NCBI GenBank assembly: GCA_043228905.1
Contig: JBHGNT010000001.1
Coordinates: 32,178,001 to 32,242,000, forward strand
Source of the DNA: Azolla caroliniana
Taxonomy: Eukaryota > Plantae > Polypodiophyta
Direction: 5' to 3'
Length of the DNA stretch: 64,000 bases
The translations under genes were made by a program, and so were the position numbers. The notes beneath the pieces were generated by a model. That model searched no databases, had not been told where the DNA came from, and saw only the letters and a list, made by a program, of their open reading frames with translations. This document shows positions 37,600 to 49,270 of the stretch, piece after piece (positions within the stretch are counted from its first letter, which is position 1; each line of letters opens with the position of its first letter).

Positions 37600-40500
37600 A
37601 TGGAGGAGATGAAGAGTAGCAAGAGGAGGAGAAATATGATGATGGGTTGTCTTCACCATCACCATCACCATCACCGCCAGGAAGAAGGATTCGCACGTCT
37701 CATGACGTCCTACAGGGGTCACAAGGGTGGTGTCACGTGTCTCTGTTTCAGGCCCTTGATGAAGCATCTCGTGTCAGGTGGATCCGACGGCTCTGTTCTT
37801 TTGTGGAGCCTCTTCTGTCGACCTGGCCTCGCCAGGCAGACCCAAATCCGACCTTATCGATTCCTCGGACACCAGGTTGGTTCGTGTTCATCGTTTCGCT
37901 AATTTCCTGGAATTCTTATTTGTTGATGTGTTGATCAAATAAATACCATCTCTCACGTCTATGTTTCTTCCCGATCAAATAAAACAATTCGTCTCTTCCA
38001 TTTCTATGTCAAAATTTACCCATGCATTATTTTGTGCACATGATTCGTTGTAGGGTGAGGTGTGTGCAGTGGCTGTTTCCCCACTGGATACTGTCGTGGC
38101 TTCCGCATCTAAAGATAAAACAGTGCGATTATGGATACCGACAGCGTGAGTTAATAATCCCAAATCACAATGTAATTCACCATATTATGATCTTTATTAA
38201 ATCCACATTCTTATTTACATGCCTAAATGCTAAAAAAATCTTAAAGGAACCATTTAAACACTCAATGTAATGATGTAAAATTGATTACTTAATGCTATTT
38301 ATAAAATTCAGGGACCTTATCTAGCCAAACCTTCTTCTTGGTGTATGCTAATCATTAGGAGTCTTTGTAGTTTCTCTCAAGTTCACTTTTTTTTTGGGTG
38401 CTATGGCTATACTCTACTGGCAACCCATTTTCTGTATTCACCAATGGATGCGGGTCAGGTTCTCCCTTAATATGCTACCGTTTTATATGCCATTGTGAAA
38501 TGCGAGAGTTGAAAGCCATGAACTTCTGGTCTTCGTCAGACAACATTATCAACTGAGCTATATCAGTCAGGGCTTTATACTCTTTCCTTTTTTTTCCCAT
38601 AGAGAGAGTGTTACATATTTTATTGATCCATAGATATGGGACAAAACCACCTACTTCTCGATTTTATCAAATTACATGGCGTATGTAGGAATTGAAACTC
38701 GATCCTATCTAACAATGCATTATATATTTTAATCTTAGTGTTAAAATGTATTGTGTTATCGGTTCGTTAATCTTGTAGTCTTGCATTTTATCAAATGACA
38801 TGGAGTATGTAGGAATTGAAACTCAATCCCATCTAACAATGCATTATATATTTTAATCTTAGTGTTAAAATGTATTGTGTTATCGGCTCCTTAATCTTGT
38901 AGTCTTGCATATAAGAAAACAAAATCATATATCTAGACTCTTGCATGGCCTCCTTGTGTACGATAAAAAAGCTTGTTCATTTCTTGCTACGGACTTTAGA
39001 ACTTCGATCGTATCTTACAATACGTTTTATCTTTCTTATCCAAGTGTTCAAAAGGTGTTGTGTTACTGTCTGATTGATCTTAGTGTTCTTGCATACGAAA
39101 ACAAAACCATATGTCTAGATTCTTGCAGTGGACCTTGTAACAATGCATTAATTTTAATATTGCTATTTACTTTAAAAAACAAAGCCTTTTTTATTGAAGT
39201 AGTTTTCAGAATCCCAAACAAATATATTAGAATTTATTTGCAGCGAAGGAAGAAGTAGCATCATCAGAGCACATAGTAGTACTGTGAGAACAGTTGCTTT
39301 TAGTCCAAATGGAGAGTGCTTGCTTACAGGCTCTGATGACAAATCCATAAAGGTCATCACAATTGTTATTTGGATTTTAACATTATTGCAAACTTAATGA
39401 AAAAGAGAGACTCACCACCCCTAAGATTTTAAACAAAATACCCCTTCATTGTTTTTACAACTTAGGAATATTGTGATGTTTTTTCGGTCATCAGAATTAG
39501 ATTGCACCAAACACACCCAGCATAAAATCGTAGATTAAAATAACAATTAAGTGATTTTATCGAGTTGATATGTATAATATACTAAGGATAAAGGTAATGA
39601 AGTCTATTAATGACTAACATTATTAAGGCTATTAAAATGCTAGATTTGGGATGTTGAGACAGAGAGATTTATTGTCGGATTGAATGGGCATATGAACTGG
39701 GTTCGATCAGCAGAATTCAATTCAAACGGGCGGTAATATAAAACACAAACTTCTTAATTCACTGCAAATAAATCTAAGTAAAATCAGTAAACCCTTTCAT
39801 TTCTTGAAATAGAATATATGAAATACAGGTTATGCTTTTGTAAAGCTTTTAAGTGATTACTGAATGCATGTATGATTATGGATGTATCATTAATTTAATG
39901 AGTTTGTTGTTAACATGCAGGTTAGTGGTATCTGGAGGAGATGATAAAACTGTAAGGATTTGGGATGTGGAAAGACATGAATGCATACACACATTTAATG
40001 ACGTTCCAGGGTAATATAGCAGAAATCCCAATTCATGACATTTTAAAGTATGCATTATTTATGTTAAGAAGCTTGACTATGAACCTATGATGGGGATTGT
40101 TTTTGTTTGGAGTTTTTTCAAAATTTAATTGAAACATTGTAGACACTTTAATGGCGAATAAAGTTATCATAATATGTTCATGTAGCATGGTGACTTGCAC
40201 TCGCTTCCACCCAAATGGAACTTGCATTGGAACTTGTGGTGTCAATCAAGCTGTTCAGGTGCATCAATTTGAAATTGTTAACTTCTTATAATCATACTAG
40301 TTAAAACAATTCAAATTTTCTCAATAACTTTTGATACATAAGATGAGAAGTCACATTCCATATACTAATGTTTTAATCGATTATCATACAAGGTCTCAGA
40401 TATGGGATATCCGAAGTAAGATGTTGATCCAACATTATGCCGAAAATGCAGGGACATTGAGATCAATTTGTTTCCACCCATCAGGAAATTTTCTTCTCTC

Positions 40501-43163
40501 AACATGTGATGATGCCACTTTAAAAGTAAGTTTAGAATGTGCCAATGATTATGAGTACATATACACTTGAACAAAACAAGGCCATATGATGTATGGATAT
40601 CCATGCACGATTAGCTTTCAAAGGCCTTTTACAGTTATATTGCTATCACAATAAGAAGATAAAACATAAATATTTTTTATCCATTTTTTCAACTATATAT
40701 TACAATCTCGCTAGTATATGCATATAATATCTACATACAATTAGCTTTTTAGGGCCTTTTACAGTTATATTGCTATCACAATAAGAAGATAATACATAGA
40801 TTTTTTATACATCTTTTCAACTATATATTACAATGTCACTAGTATGTGCATGTGTTCTCATATACTTACAAAGATTTTCATTACATGCATATGGCCTCAT
40901 AAGGTATGGGATCTTAGAGAAGGACAGATTCTCTACATGATCAAAGGCCATGAAGGAGCAACCACCAGCGCAATGTTCTCGCCAACAGGTGACCACTTTG
41001 CATCTGGAAGCCAAGATGAGCAGGTGAAAGAAGCTAAAGTCATACATCTCTCTAATGCAAATAGTTCAAATCACAAGTGAAAGCTATCTACTGTATACCT
41101 CACTTACCATTTAATATAGCACAAAATCAAATGTTTATAAAGTGAAGAGCTATCATATGCAAATATGTTCAAATCACAGAAAGTATATAGAGAGAAACCT
41201 ACCATATTAGTTATACCTCTCCATTACAATGCAAATACAAAAAAAAACACAAATAGTGAAACTTATCTATCTATTAATTGTCTCATAGTTTCAAATTGTA
41301 ACAAAGCAATAATGTCTCCTAAGTCTTTCTTGTTACTTAAGTGTTGTAGGTTATGCTTTGGCAAAGCAACCTCAAGCAGTATCAGAGGGGTATAATCCTA
41401 TTTAAAAACCTTATTGAATGTTTAGGGTTAGGTTTTTCTTCTTCATGTTCTGGTTTCCATCTCTAAATTAGTAAAAAAACCGTCACTTTTTTTTGTTTAC
41501 TTCCAGGAAGAGATTTTTCGTGTTTTGTACCCGAGAGAACTCACCAAAAGAAACCATCACCAAGTATAGAGAAAAAAATGCCATCTCCAAATACAGAGAA
41601 TTTCTCTTCAAATATGGAGAAGAAATTCATGTCTACGGCATCTGGTGATTTTCCAAAAGAAACCATTTCGTTGCAGTTATCTGGAGGGATTAAGGTAAAA
41701 ATCCTCAAAAGAGGCATTCAAGACCTTGTTTTGACAAATGAAACTGTAGCAATGTTGAAACAGAGAGCAACATGACAGTGTCTGATGACAGTATCCAGAC
41801 ACTATATTTCCTTAGAACTAACGAATCTTAGAAAAATAAAAGTACTCAATGTTGTTACCATTTGTAGTGTTTGAAAGTCTACAGAATGCTCTTAGAAAAG
41901 CAGAGCATTACCTTAAATTTTCTTCTTCTTTGTTTTAAGGTAGAAACAGAGCATTCTCCCTTCTTTTTTTCTATTTGTTAAATACATCTGCTTTCTTAGC
42001 CTTTTTATTTAGAAGAACACGATTTCCTTGAATTTTTGTTTGCTTAAAGTTTTACATAATGAAAATCTTTAGAAACACATGATTTTTCTTATATTCAACA
42101 TCCATATATGTCTTGGAAACACAGACATTTCCTTGGATTTCAACTTGCTTTAAGGTCCACATAACGTCACCAAAGTAGAGAATATTTTCTTTGTTTTAAG
42201 TCGATAAAAATGTTTTAGAAACAAAAGCATTTTCTTTGAATCTGCTTTTTTTCCAAGGAACCTAAGGATGCATCTGGAATAAAATGCATTTTCCTTGGAT
42301 TTTGTTTGTAAGTACTTTAGGTCCATATATGTCTTAGAAACACAGACATCCATGTCTTTAGATTTCTACTTGCTTTAAAGGTCATATAATGTCTTAGGAA
42401 CATACAAATTTCCTTGGCTTTTAAGGTTCACATAACTGTGTCACAGAAACCTAAGGCTGCTAAGGAAGAAACGAAATCTTGGTCATACTTGCCTCGAAGC
42501 ACCAGTGAATACCCAAATATTCAAGAGATACCAAATTGTAAGGACATCAAACAAACTTCCGAAGAAGACGCGAAGCATACATGCAAAAAACATTATATCT
42601 CAGATGCTTCTACAACGATCCAGTCACGCAAAACTGAGGTCGCCACACAACCTGCTATTCTGCACAGATCGGTCTCAGCATCGGACGTGAACGTCAGCAG
42701 CACCTCAGAGGACGAGGCGCTTCTTGGGGTCACACTTAATGTAAGAATGAAAATGAACTTAATGTAATCTTTACAATTACAATTCTAGTCTGATTAATAA
42801 TAAAAAAACAGCCAATTTACCATAATAGAGTTTTTGTCTCAGTCATGATTTATGTCTCTTATGTGATTGATAAGAAAGAACCCAGTTATAATATTTTATG
42901 TCCAATTAATCTCCATTTATGAGATTGGAATAAATTTTTGGATGCAATATGATTTGTCTCTTCATTTATATGCAGCATTTGGTGAGCCAAATTGATACAC
43001 TTACCAAATCGATGGCCCTATTTGGGGACAGGCTGTCACATATAGAAGACAAGGTATATATATTTTATTAGATTTTCTCCTTCACCTTCTTGCTGTCAGT
43101 AGTGTAAGTTTGATCGATTGTCTGTCTTGGACATGTTAGGTTCTGGATATGGAGAAAGCTTAA
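37600..43163 (+). CDS. POC1: POC1 centriolar WD40 protein with C-terminal Poc1 coiled coil, 13 exons, about 532 aa
   Basis: Exons: 37600-37875, 38054-38145, 39244-39352, 39644-39732, 39921-40010, 40186-40258, 40400-40525, 40904-41023, 41350-41389, 41507-41694, 42447-42740, 42976-43053, 43140-43163 (1599 nt). Seven WD40 repeats (PYRFLGH, KTVRLWIP, HMNWVRSAEF, FHPNGTCI, FHPSGNFLL, WDLREGQILY, FASGSQDEQVMLWQSN) and C-terminal LNHLVSQIDTLTKSMALFGDRLSHIEDK. Confidence 0.9.
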
Positions 43164-43551
43164 GGTCTCCTTTAAGAACTTGAGCACATTCAAGAACCAT
43201 GGCTTTCGTTCCCTGTTTCTCTAGTAATAACATGTACTATTGGTGGGAAATACCTTCATACGAGGTTAAAACCCACAAAAGAATGTGATGTGACTTCTCT
43301 ATGGACAATAAGGTGCTTAAAAAGTGCTCCAAAAGGTTGTGTAGCTAAAGAAGGCTCAATACTTTTTAAGAATTATGGCATAGATATGCGCACACACAAA
43401 CACTCACATATGTACATTCTTAAGCTACATTGTAACATTGCTTAGCCCTTACAATGAGCTAATGCAAGACTTGATGCCCACAAATATAAAATACATAGTT
43501 GCAATATATATCTTCTATATTGAAGTATCAATGCCCCAGAGTGGTTGTAAT

Positions 43552-43825
43552 CATAGTATGTAAATTTCGTGTTCGTCTAGTATAACATTCGTTTTCCTAC
43601 GTTGGAAAACGAATGCGAATGTTATCCAAACGTTCTTGTGGTTTTTTTTTTTTCACATTTTTTAAATGTTTATTTATTTATTTTTAGGCTTATCTACCTC
43701 ATAATAAAAATAGTTAATCCAAAAGTATGCTATTTATCATTTTTTGAGGGTGTTTTTCTTTCGCGCGAATGATTGAACCATTCATGACTGCGAATGCACG
43801 TATGGTACGTATGGTTCATACTATG
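43552..43825. mobile_element. Non-autonomous hAT-type element (274 bp)
   Basis: Terminal inverted repeats CATAGTATG ... CATACTATG. An 8-bp direct repeat GTTGTAAT lies at 43544-43551 and 43826-43833. Subterminal hairpin CATTCGTTTTCC/GGAAAACGAATG. Confidence 0.7.
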
Positions 43826-44502
43826 GTTGTAATCATAACATAACAAATATATGTTTGAAGTTGGCCATTACAATTCAATATCAAATCTATATGTATGTCT
43901 TCATGCATCACTAGTTTTTAGTTGTTGATAGGAATACATGAGTGGGTAAAAACATATATTGCTGTGAGGTAATTGATAATGCATTCTTTCCTTATTGTTG
44001 GGATTTGTTTATTTGAGTTTGTGATTCTAATTCAATGAGTAAAAATATGCACAGTAACCAAAGGATAAAGAAAGAGACAAATTGTGTGCCTCTTGCAGGT
44101 GGCCACACATGGAAGGATGTCTCATTTAGTATGTATGTAGCGATAACAGGATTCAATTCATGTGCAAGCTTTGGTGATCTCATTTTTATTGTCATTTGAA
44201 GTATGTCTAACATCAAGAAATGTGATGTTGAAATTGTTTGAAAGGAAAATTATTTATATCCTAGAATTATTAATGCACATGGATATACTTGTTATTTATT
44301 TATTTATTTTTCCAAAAAAACACTACTTCGCATTAGTTTGCAAACAAAATTACATCATAGAACACCCAAAGTTCTTCTCACCAGCCCTCACTCTGGCCTT
44401 CCCACCAAAGTGGACATAGTCCCCACCTCATTTTCAACAAACGTATCCAAACAACTCCAATAACCTAATAATTTGTACCATATCTATACAGATTTACAGC
44501 AC

Positions 44503-47500
44503 CTAGACGCTGTTGGAAACCGGAAACAGCCATCGGGGTGCTTGGTAGTTCCATTGAGGCCCTGATGAGGATCTGCCCACCATAGGAGAATTACCCCATT
44601 TCAGCAAGAACTTTGATCGAGATCTTTCAGCTGCATCAGATTCCCCCTTGATTGAGTCGTATCGTCCCCGCAGCCAAGATACCAACTCAAACCAGATATT
44701 TAATAATACCTCACCGCTAGGGATCTTTTGTTGTTGAAAAACAAATTTACAACGGTTGGTCCAAATGTGCCAGACCGATAAACAAGACACCATCATCCAT
44801 ATCTCCTCAAAAAATTCTGAGTTAGTGCCATGTCGAACTCCAGCCCGTTGAAACACCTTGCCATCCTGCACTATAAAACCATGTCCGTGGGGATTTAACT
44901 GTTCAGCCCAGCCTTCCCCTGTTAACTTCAGCCCTTGTACGGACCCCCATACAACTCTCCCATTCACTCCGCATGCTGCCACTATCCTGAGACTTCTACC
45001 CCAAATGTTAATAGCCTCGCAGCAGTTCCAAAAACAATGATGAATTGATTCCAATGGGTGTCCACAACTTTTGCATCCAGCCTCACCACCACGACACCTA
45101 AGCCACTCCCCCACTGGCACCGCTTTGTGGCTAAGAAGCCACAACCAAAGCTTTATTTTTTCTGGCATATCAAACGCCCATAGCCTCCTCCAAAACGACT
45201 TCAACCAGTCATCAGAAATGCCTTTATCCTTCCAACTATTGCGAGTTAGGCCAGCACCCATCAATTTAGAGCCAATGATTTGCCTTCCTAGCTTGGTAGT
45301 GTACTCGAAAAACCGTTCAAGTTTGTCTGTACCCGGTTTCTGCCACCACACCTCTAGTGGATCCCAATCCAGATCACATATGGGCTTGTTGTCAACTATC
45401 CAGAGTTTACGATCAGATTCCAGCTTCCCTGGGTCTGGGTTTACTTGCCACTTCTTACCTTCCAACATTGCCACTCGCACTACCAACCATTGGCCATTGT
45501 CTGCCAAAGCACTTAGGTTGCCCCACAAACGATACTCATTAGATGGGCACCTGCCTCGGATAATTTGCGCATCGCCCTCACCTACAAACCACCCAAACCA
45601 GACCCCCTCTTCTTCATTCAGCCTAGCTAGACCATCAACAACCTTATCTATCAAGTGGGTAACCTTTTCTAGCCTGCCGGTAAATCTAGGACTTCCAACC
45701 AGACCCTCCCTTCTTCTCCTTTTGAACTCCTCCCAGTCTCTTACTGAACTAACATTGTACCCTACCATTTTTCCCCATGGCAAGTATTTTTTCTGACCAA
45801 GCATCATACCATCATCACTTCGAATCCTGGGGTTCCAAAACAGAGGTTGACGGAGTTGTTCCTCCATTGTTTTTGGCTGCATTAAGACCAACCCCTCTCT
45901 TAAACTTGACTAGGCCCTCATTATGGTGCGGGCCACCCTATCCTCCATGCTAGTAGGTCCTTTTAACGTTAGGCCTGGACTGAACAACCACCACATCTTT
46001 GCCTTCCAAGGGCCGCCATTCCTCGGACTCCAGAGTTCAGCTCTGTCTCTAAGAAGCAATTTCCACAATTCTGGTCCAGGTTGGAGACTTCGCACCAAGA
46101 GTTTACCAAGTAAAGCCTTACTTTGGTGACCTGGATCCACCATCCCAAGTCCACCTTGACTTTTTTCCTTGATCAAACAACTCCAGGCCACTTTAGCTGA
46201 AGCAGTCTCATGGTCTCTACCCGACCAAAGGAACCCTCTCACCATTGCCTTAATATTTTTTATGCACTCTTTATCTAACATCCAGCATGCCAACGAGTGC
46301 CACATGGTGGCCAACAAAATATGGTTTACCACAACCACTCTACCTGCAAGGGAAAGCTTTACTGATGCCCATAACCGAAGCTTTTTTCTGATTTTGTCTT
46401 TCACTTGCTCAAGTTGCTGATTTTTCTGAATCTCTATTCCCACCAAAAAGCCCAAATACTTAACAGCCCTTCCATTAGGAACCCATTGAAAATCAGCATT
46501 AGGTTGCCAATTCGGCCAAGAGTTTGGACTTACCCAAAACCCTCTACTTTTATTCCAATTAATTTTCCCACTTGATGCTTTACAGAACAACTCAATTCGT
46601 TTTTCAGCCTGCTGTAAATTAGCATCATTGCCTTGCAGATAGAGCATGGTGTCATCTGCATACATGGAGTCCAACAAGTCCTTACAAGCATGTGGGACAA
46701 CCAAACCTCGAATTCCTGCATCCGGTCTATTTAAAAAGAAAGAGAATGCCTCTGAGATAAATAAATAAAGGTAGGGGGCCAATGGGCACCCCTGTCTGAC
46801 AGACTTGCATAATGGAATTGATGGGCCCCGTTGCCCTAGTACCAACACCCTACTCAAGCTTCCTTTGTAAAGCGCCAACGCAGCTGCTCTCCATTTTGAG
46901 GGTAGTCCCAACCGCTCCATGACTTTGTCTAAAAAAGGCCATTGTACTCTATCATATGCCTTCTCAAAGTCAAGCATGAGGCATGCAATATGTTGATTGG
47001 TTTTCTTCGCCAGGGCAATCGCTTCCCAAAAGGTCAACACATTATCGATTATACATCTATTTTCCATGAATCCTGTTTGTCCAACATTAATTAGCGCATG
47101 TAAGTGGGGTTTGACCCTCTTGGCCAGCATATTAGCAAAAATCTTATAGATTGTGTTGAGCAACGTAATCGGTCTCCATTGCATCACATCTGATACTATA
47201 CCCTTTACCTTAGGAATTAGAAATATTAGTCCCTCTTTAAAATGTTCAGGGAGGTACCCATCATCCCATGCCTCATTTAGTCCAGCAACCAGATCAACCT
47301 TAATTATTTCCCAAAATTTTTCATAAAAATCTTTTGATAATCCATCGTCTCCTGGACAAGACGTTCTACATATACTTGCCAGAGCATCTGACACCTCCTC
47401 TTCCAAGAGTGGCCCTGACAACTTAACTTGTGCAACCTCTGAAATTCTTGGTTGCATTCCCTCCAATACAAATTCTGCCAGTGAGGGCTGGTCTGGGAGA

Positions 47501-48437
47501 CTATAATTATTTGATAGTAGCCCATTATAGTGAGATGTGACTGCCTCCATGATCTCTGATACATCTTCTGACAGTGAACCATCCTCCTTGATCAATTTAG
47601 GAATGAAGTTACCAATTGTGCATGGTTTTTTAATCTTAAAAAATTGTTGGTTCACCTTGTCCCCATTCCTACTCCACCAAGCTGCTGAACTCCTGAATAC
47701 CATCTTATTTCTTGACACAATCAGCCGCTGTAGTGTTTCTTTGGCAGCCTCCAAACTTGATCTTGACCAAAGACACTTGGGATTTTTCTGGAGCATTCTT
47801 TGGGCAGCCGCTATCGATCTTCTTAGTCTCACCTCTCTTTCCTTAGATCTCTCCAATCTATTTTTAGTCTCTTCATGCAAATACTTTGAAGTTTCAATAA
47901 TCTTTCCTTGAAGATTATCCAAAGCACCACAACTAGCTAGATTATTTTCCCATATACTCCTTATCTTACTTCTCACCTCCACATCCTCAAAAAGCTTATT
48001 ACTAATCCTTAAGTTGCAGTCCCTTTTGTTCAGCCTCTGAGTGACCAACGTAATCGAAACTGGCATGTGATCAGAGTAAGCTGAACCTGCGATGATTTCA
48101 ACATTGCTGCCATATTTTTCCAGTTCCGAGCTTATGTATATTCTGTCTATGCGAGACATACAATAGCCATTTATATTACAGCCTGCTCTTGAGAAGCGTA
48201 ATGAGCTCCGAGGCTTTTTTAGTATATACCAAGCATCTTTCACTCCCATTCTGCCCATCAACAAATCCCATGCAACTAGCTCTGACCCCTGCACCGCCGT
48301 ATGCATGCCCCCCACCTTGTCTTCTGCGTGCATAGTCATGTTAAAATCCCCTGCGAGGATCCATGCATCTGCCATTGGCAATCCATCAGCCAATTGCCTC
48401 CAAAAAAGGGCCCGCATCACTGTCGAATTGGGCGCGT
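44503..48437 (-). pseudogene. LINE ORF2, main part (endonuclease C-half, RT, zf-RVT)
   Basis: One reading frame with a single internal TAG at 45912-45910 (RA*, plausibly from TGG). ORFs 45910-48525 and 44503-45891 are in the same frame. Confidence 0.92.
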
Positions 48438-49227
48438 TGTCGTGAAGAAAACCGTCCATAGGCGGAATCGGCGCACCAAGGCGTGGGAACCGGTTCTTCA
48501 CGCGCGCACGCTCCAAGTAGTACATAGAAGCGAATTAGGAGGATAATCGGCAGGAACGGGCCCTAACTCAAGTGGAGACAAAGACCGCGCGAACAGTCTT
48601 TTCGGTCGCGCGCGCGAACTGTACGAGTCGGCGGCGTAACTACGCGGATGCGTGAAAAACGGAGCGGATCCCTGTCCAAAAGGGACAGGGAATAAAGCTG
48701 ACAGGACGGCCTGCTCGTCGGCCTATATAAGGAGCGGGAAAGAGCTGTTGCAGGGATATCTCGCGCAGAGAGGACGAAGTGCTGCCGGACCGTTTCTGGA
48801 CGCTTCGCTCTCTGTTTCCTTCCGTCTTGAGCTCCATAGCTTTCCGTGCAGGGTTCCGAGGAGGCTCGCGCTGTTTTCGAGGAACGCCCGAGTGCTTCCG
48901 GCAGCACCTCCGACCAGCTACAGCCCCTTTGAGCGTCGAAGTGAACAGGCATCGGCATCTGTTCGCCGGCCTGTTCGGTCGTAACCAACCTGTGCCCCGT
49001 CGAGGGTTGTAGTCGTGTTAGCCGTTTTTCTTAATATACACATTTAGCCATTCGCATCTGTCTGTGTCGGTGTCTGTTCGTGTTCTCCGTGCTGAAGGGC
49101 CGTGTCCCTGTGTACCCCCGGTCCTGCGTAGCCGGTTCTCTCTCTTTCCCCTCCCTCGCTTGCTCTTTGGTTCGAGACCCCCGCGGTCCCGCCTCGATTC
49201 CACACGCACTTGCATAATATCCCGACA
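48438..49227 (+). repeat. Element A 5' LTR
   Basis: Repeated at 54948-55737 (offset 6510). TG...CA ends; TATATAA near 48724. Confidence 0.97.
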
Positions 49228-49230
49228 TCT

Positions 49231-49248
49231 TGGTGAACCCGACGTGAA
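49231..49248 (+). promoter_or_regulatory. Primer-binding site complementary to the tRNA-Trp 3' end
   Basis: TGGTGAACCCGACGTGAA lies 3 nt after the LTR. Its reverse complement TTCACGTCGGGTTCACCA matches the plant cytosolic tRNA-Trp 3' end as I recall it. Confidence 0.85.
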
Positions 49249-49270
49249 AGAGGCGGCAGAAGAGCAGAAG

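Noticed and set aside
45071-45796. 241-aa plus-strand ORF
   Set aside because: Antisense shadow of LINE ORF2.
48438-48525. N-terminus MYYLERARVKNR... of the 871-aa LINE ORF
   Set aside because: It is antisense LTR sequence fused to the LINE frame by the insertion. The real ORF2 start is at 56099.
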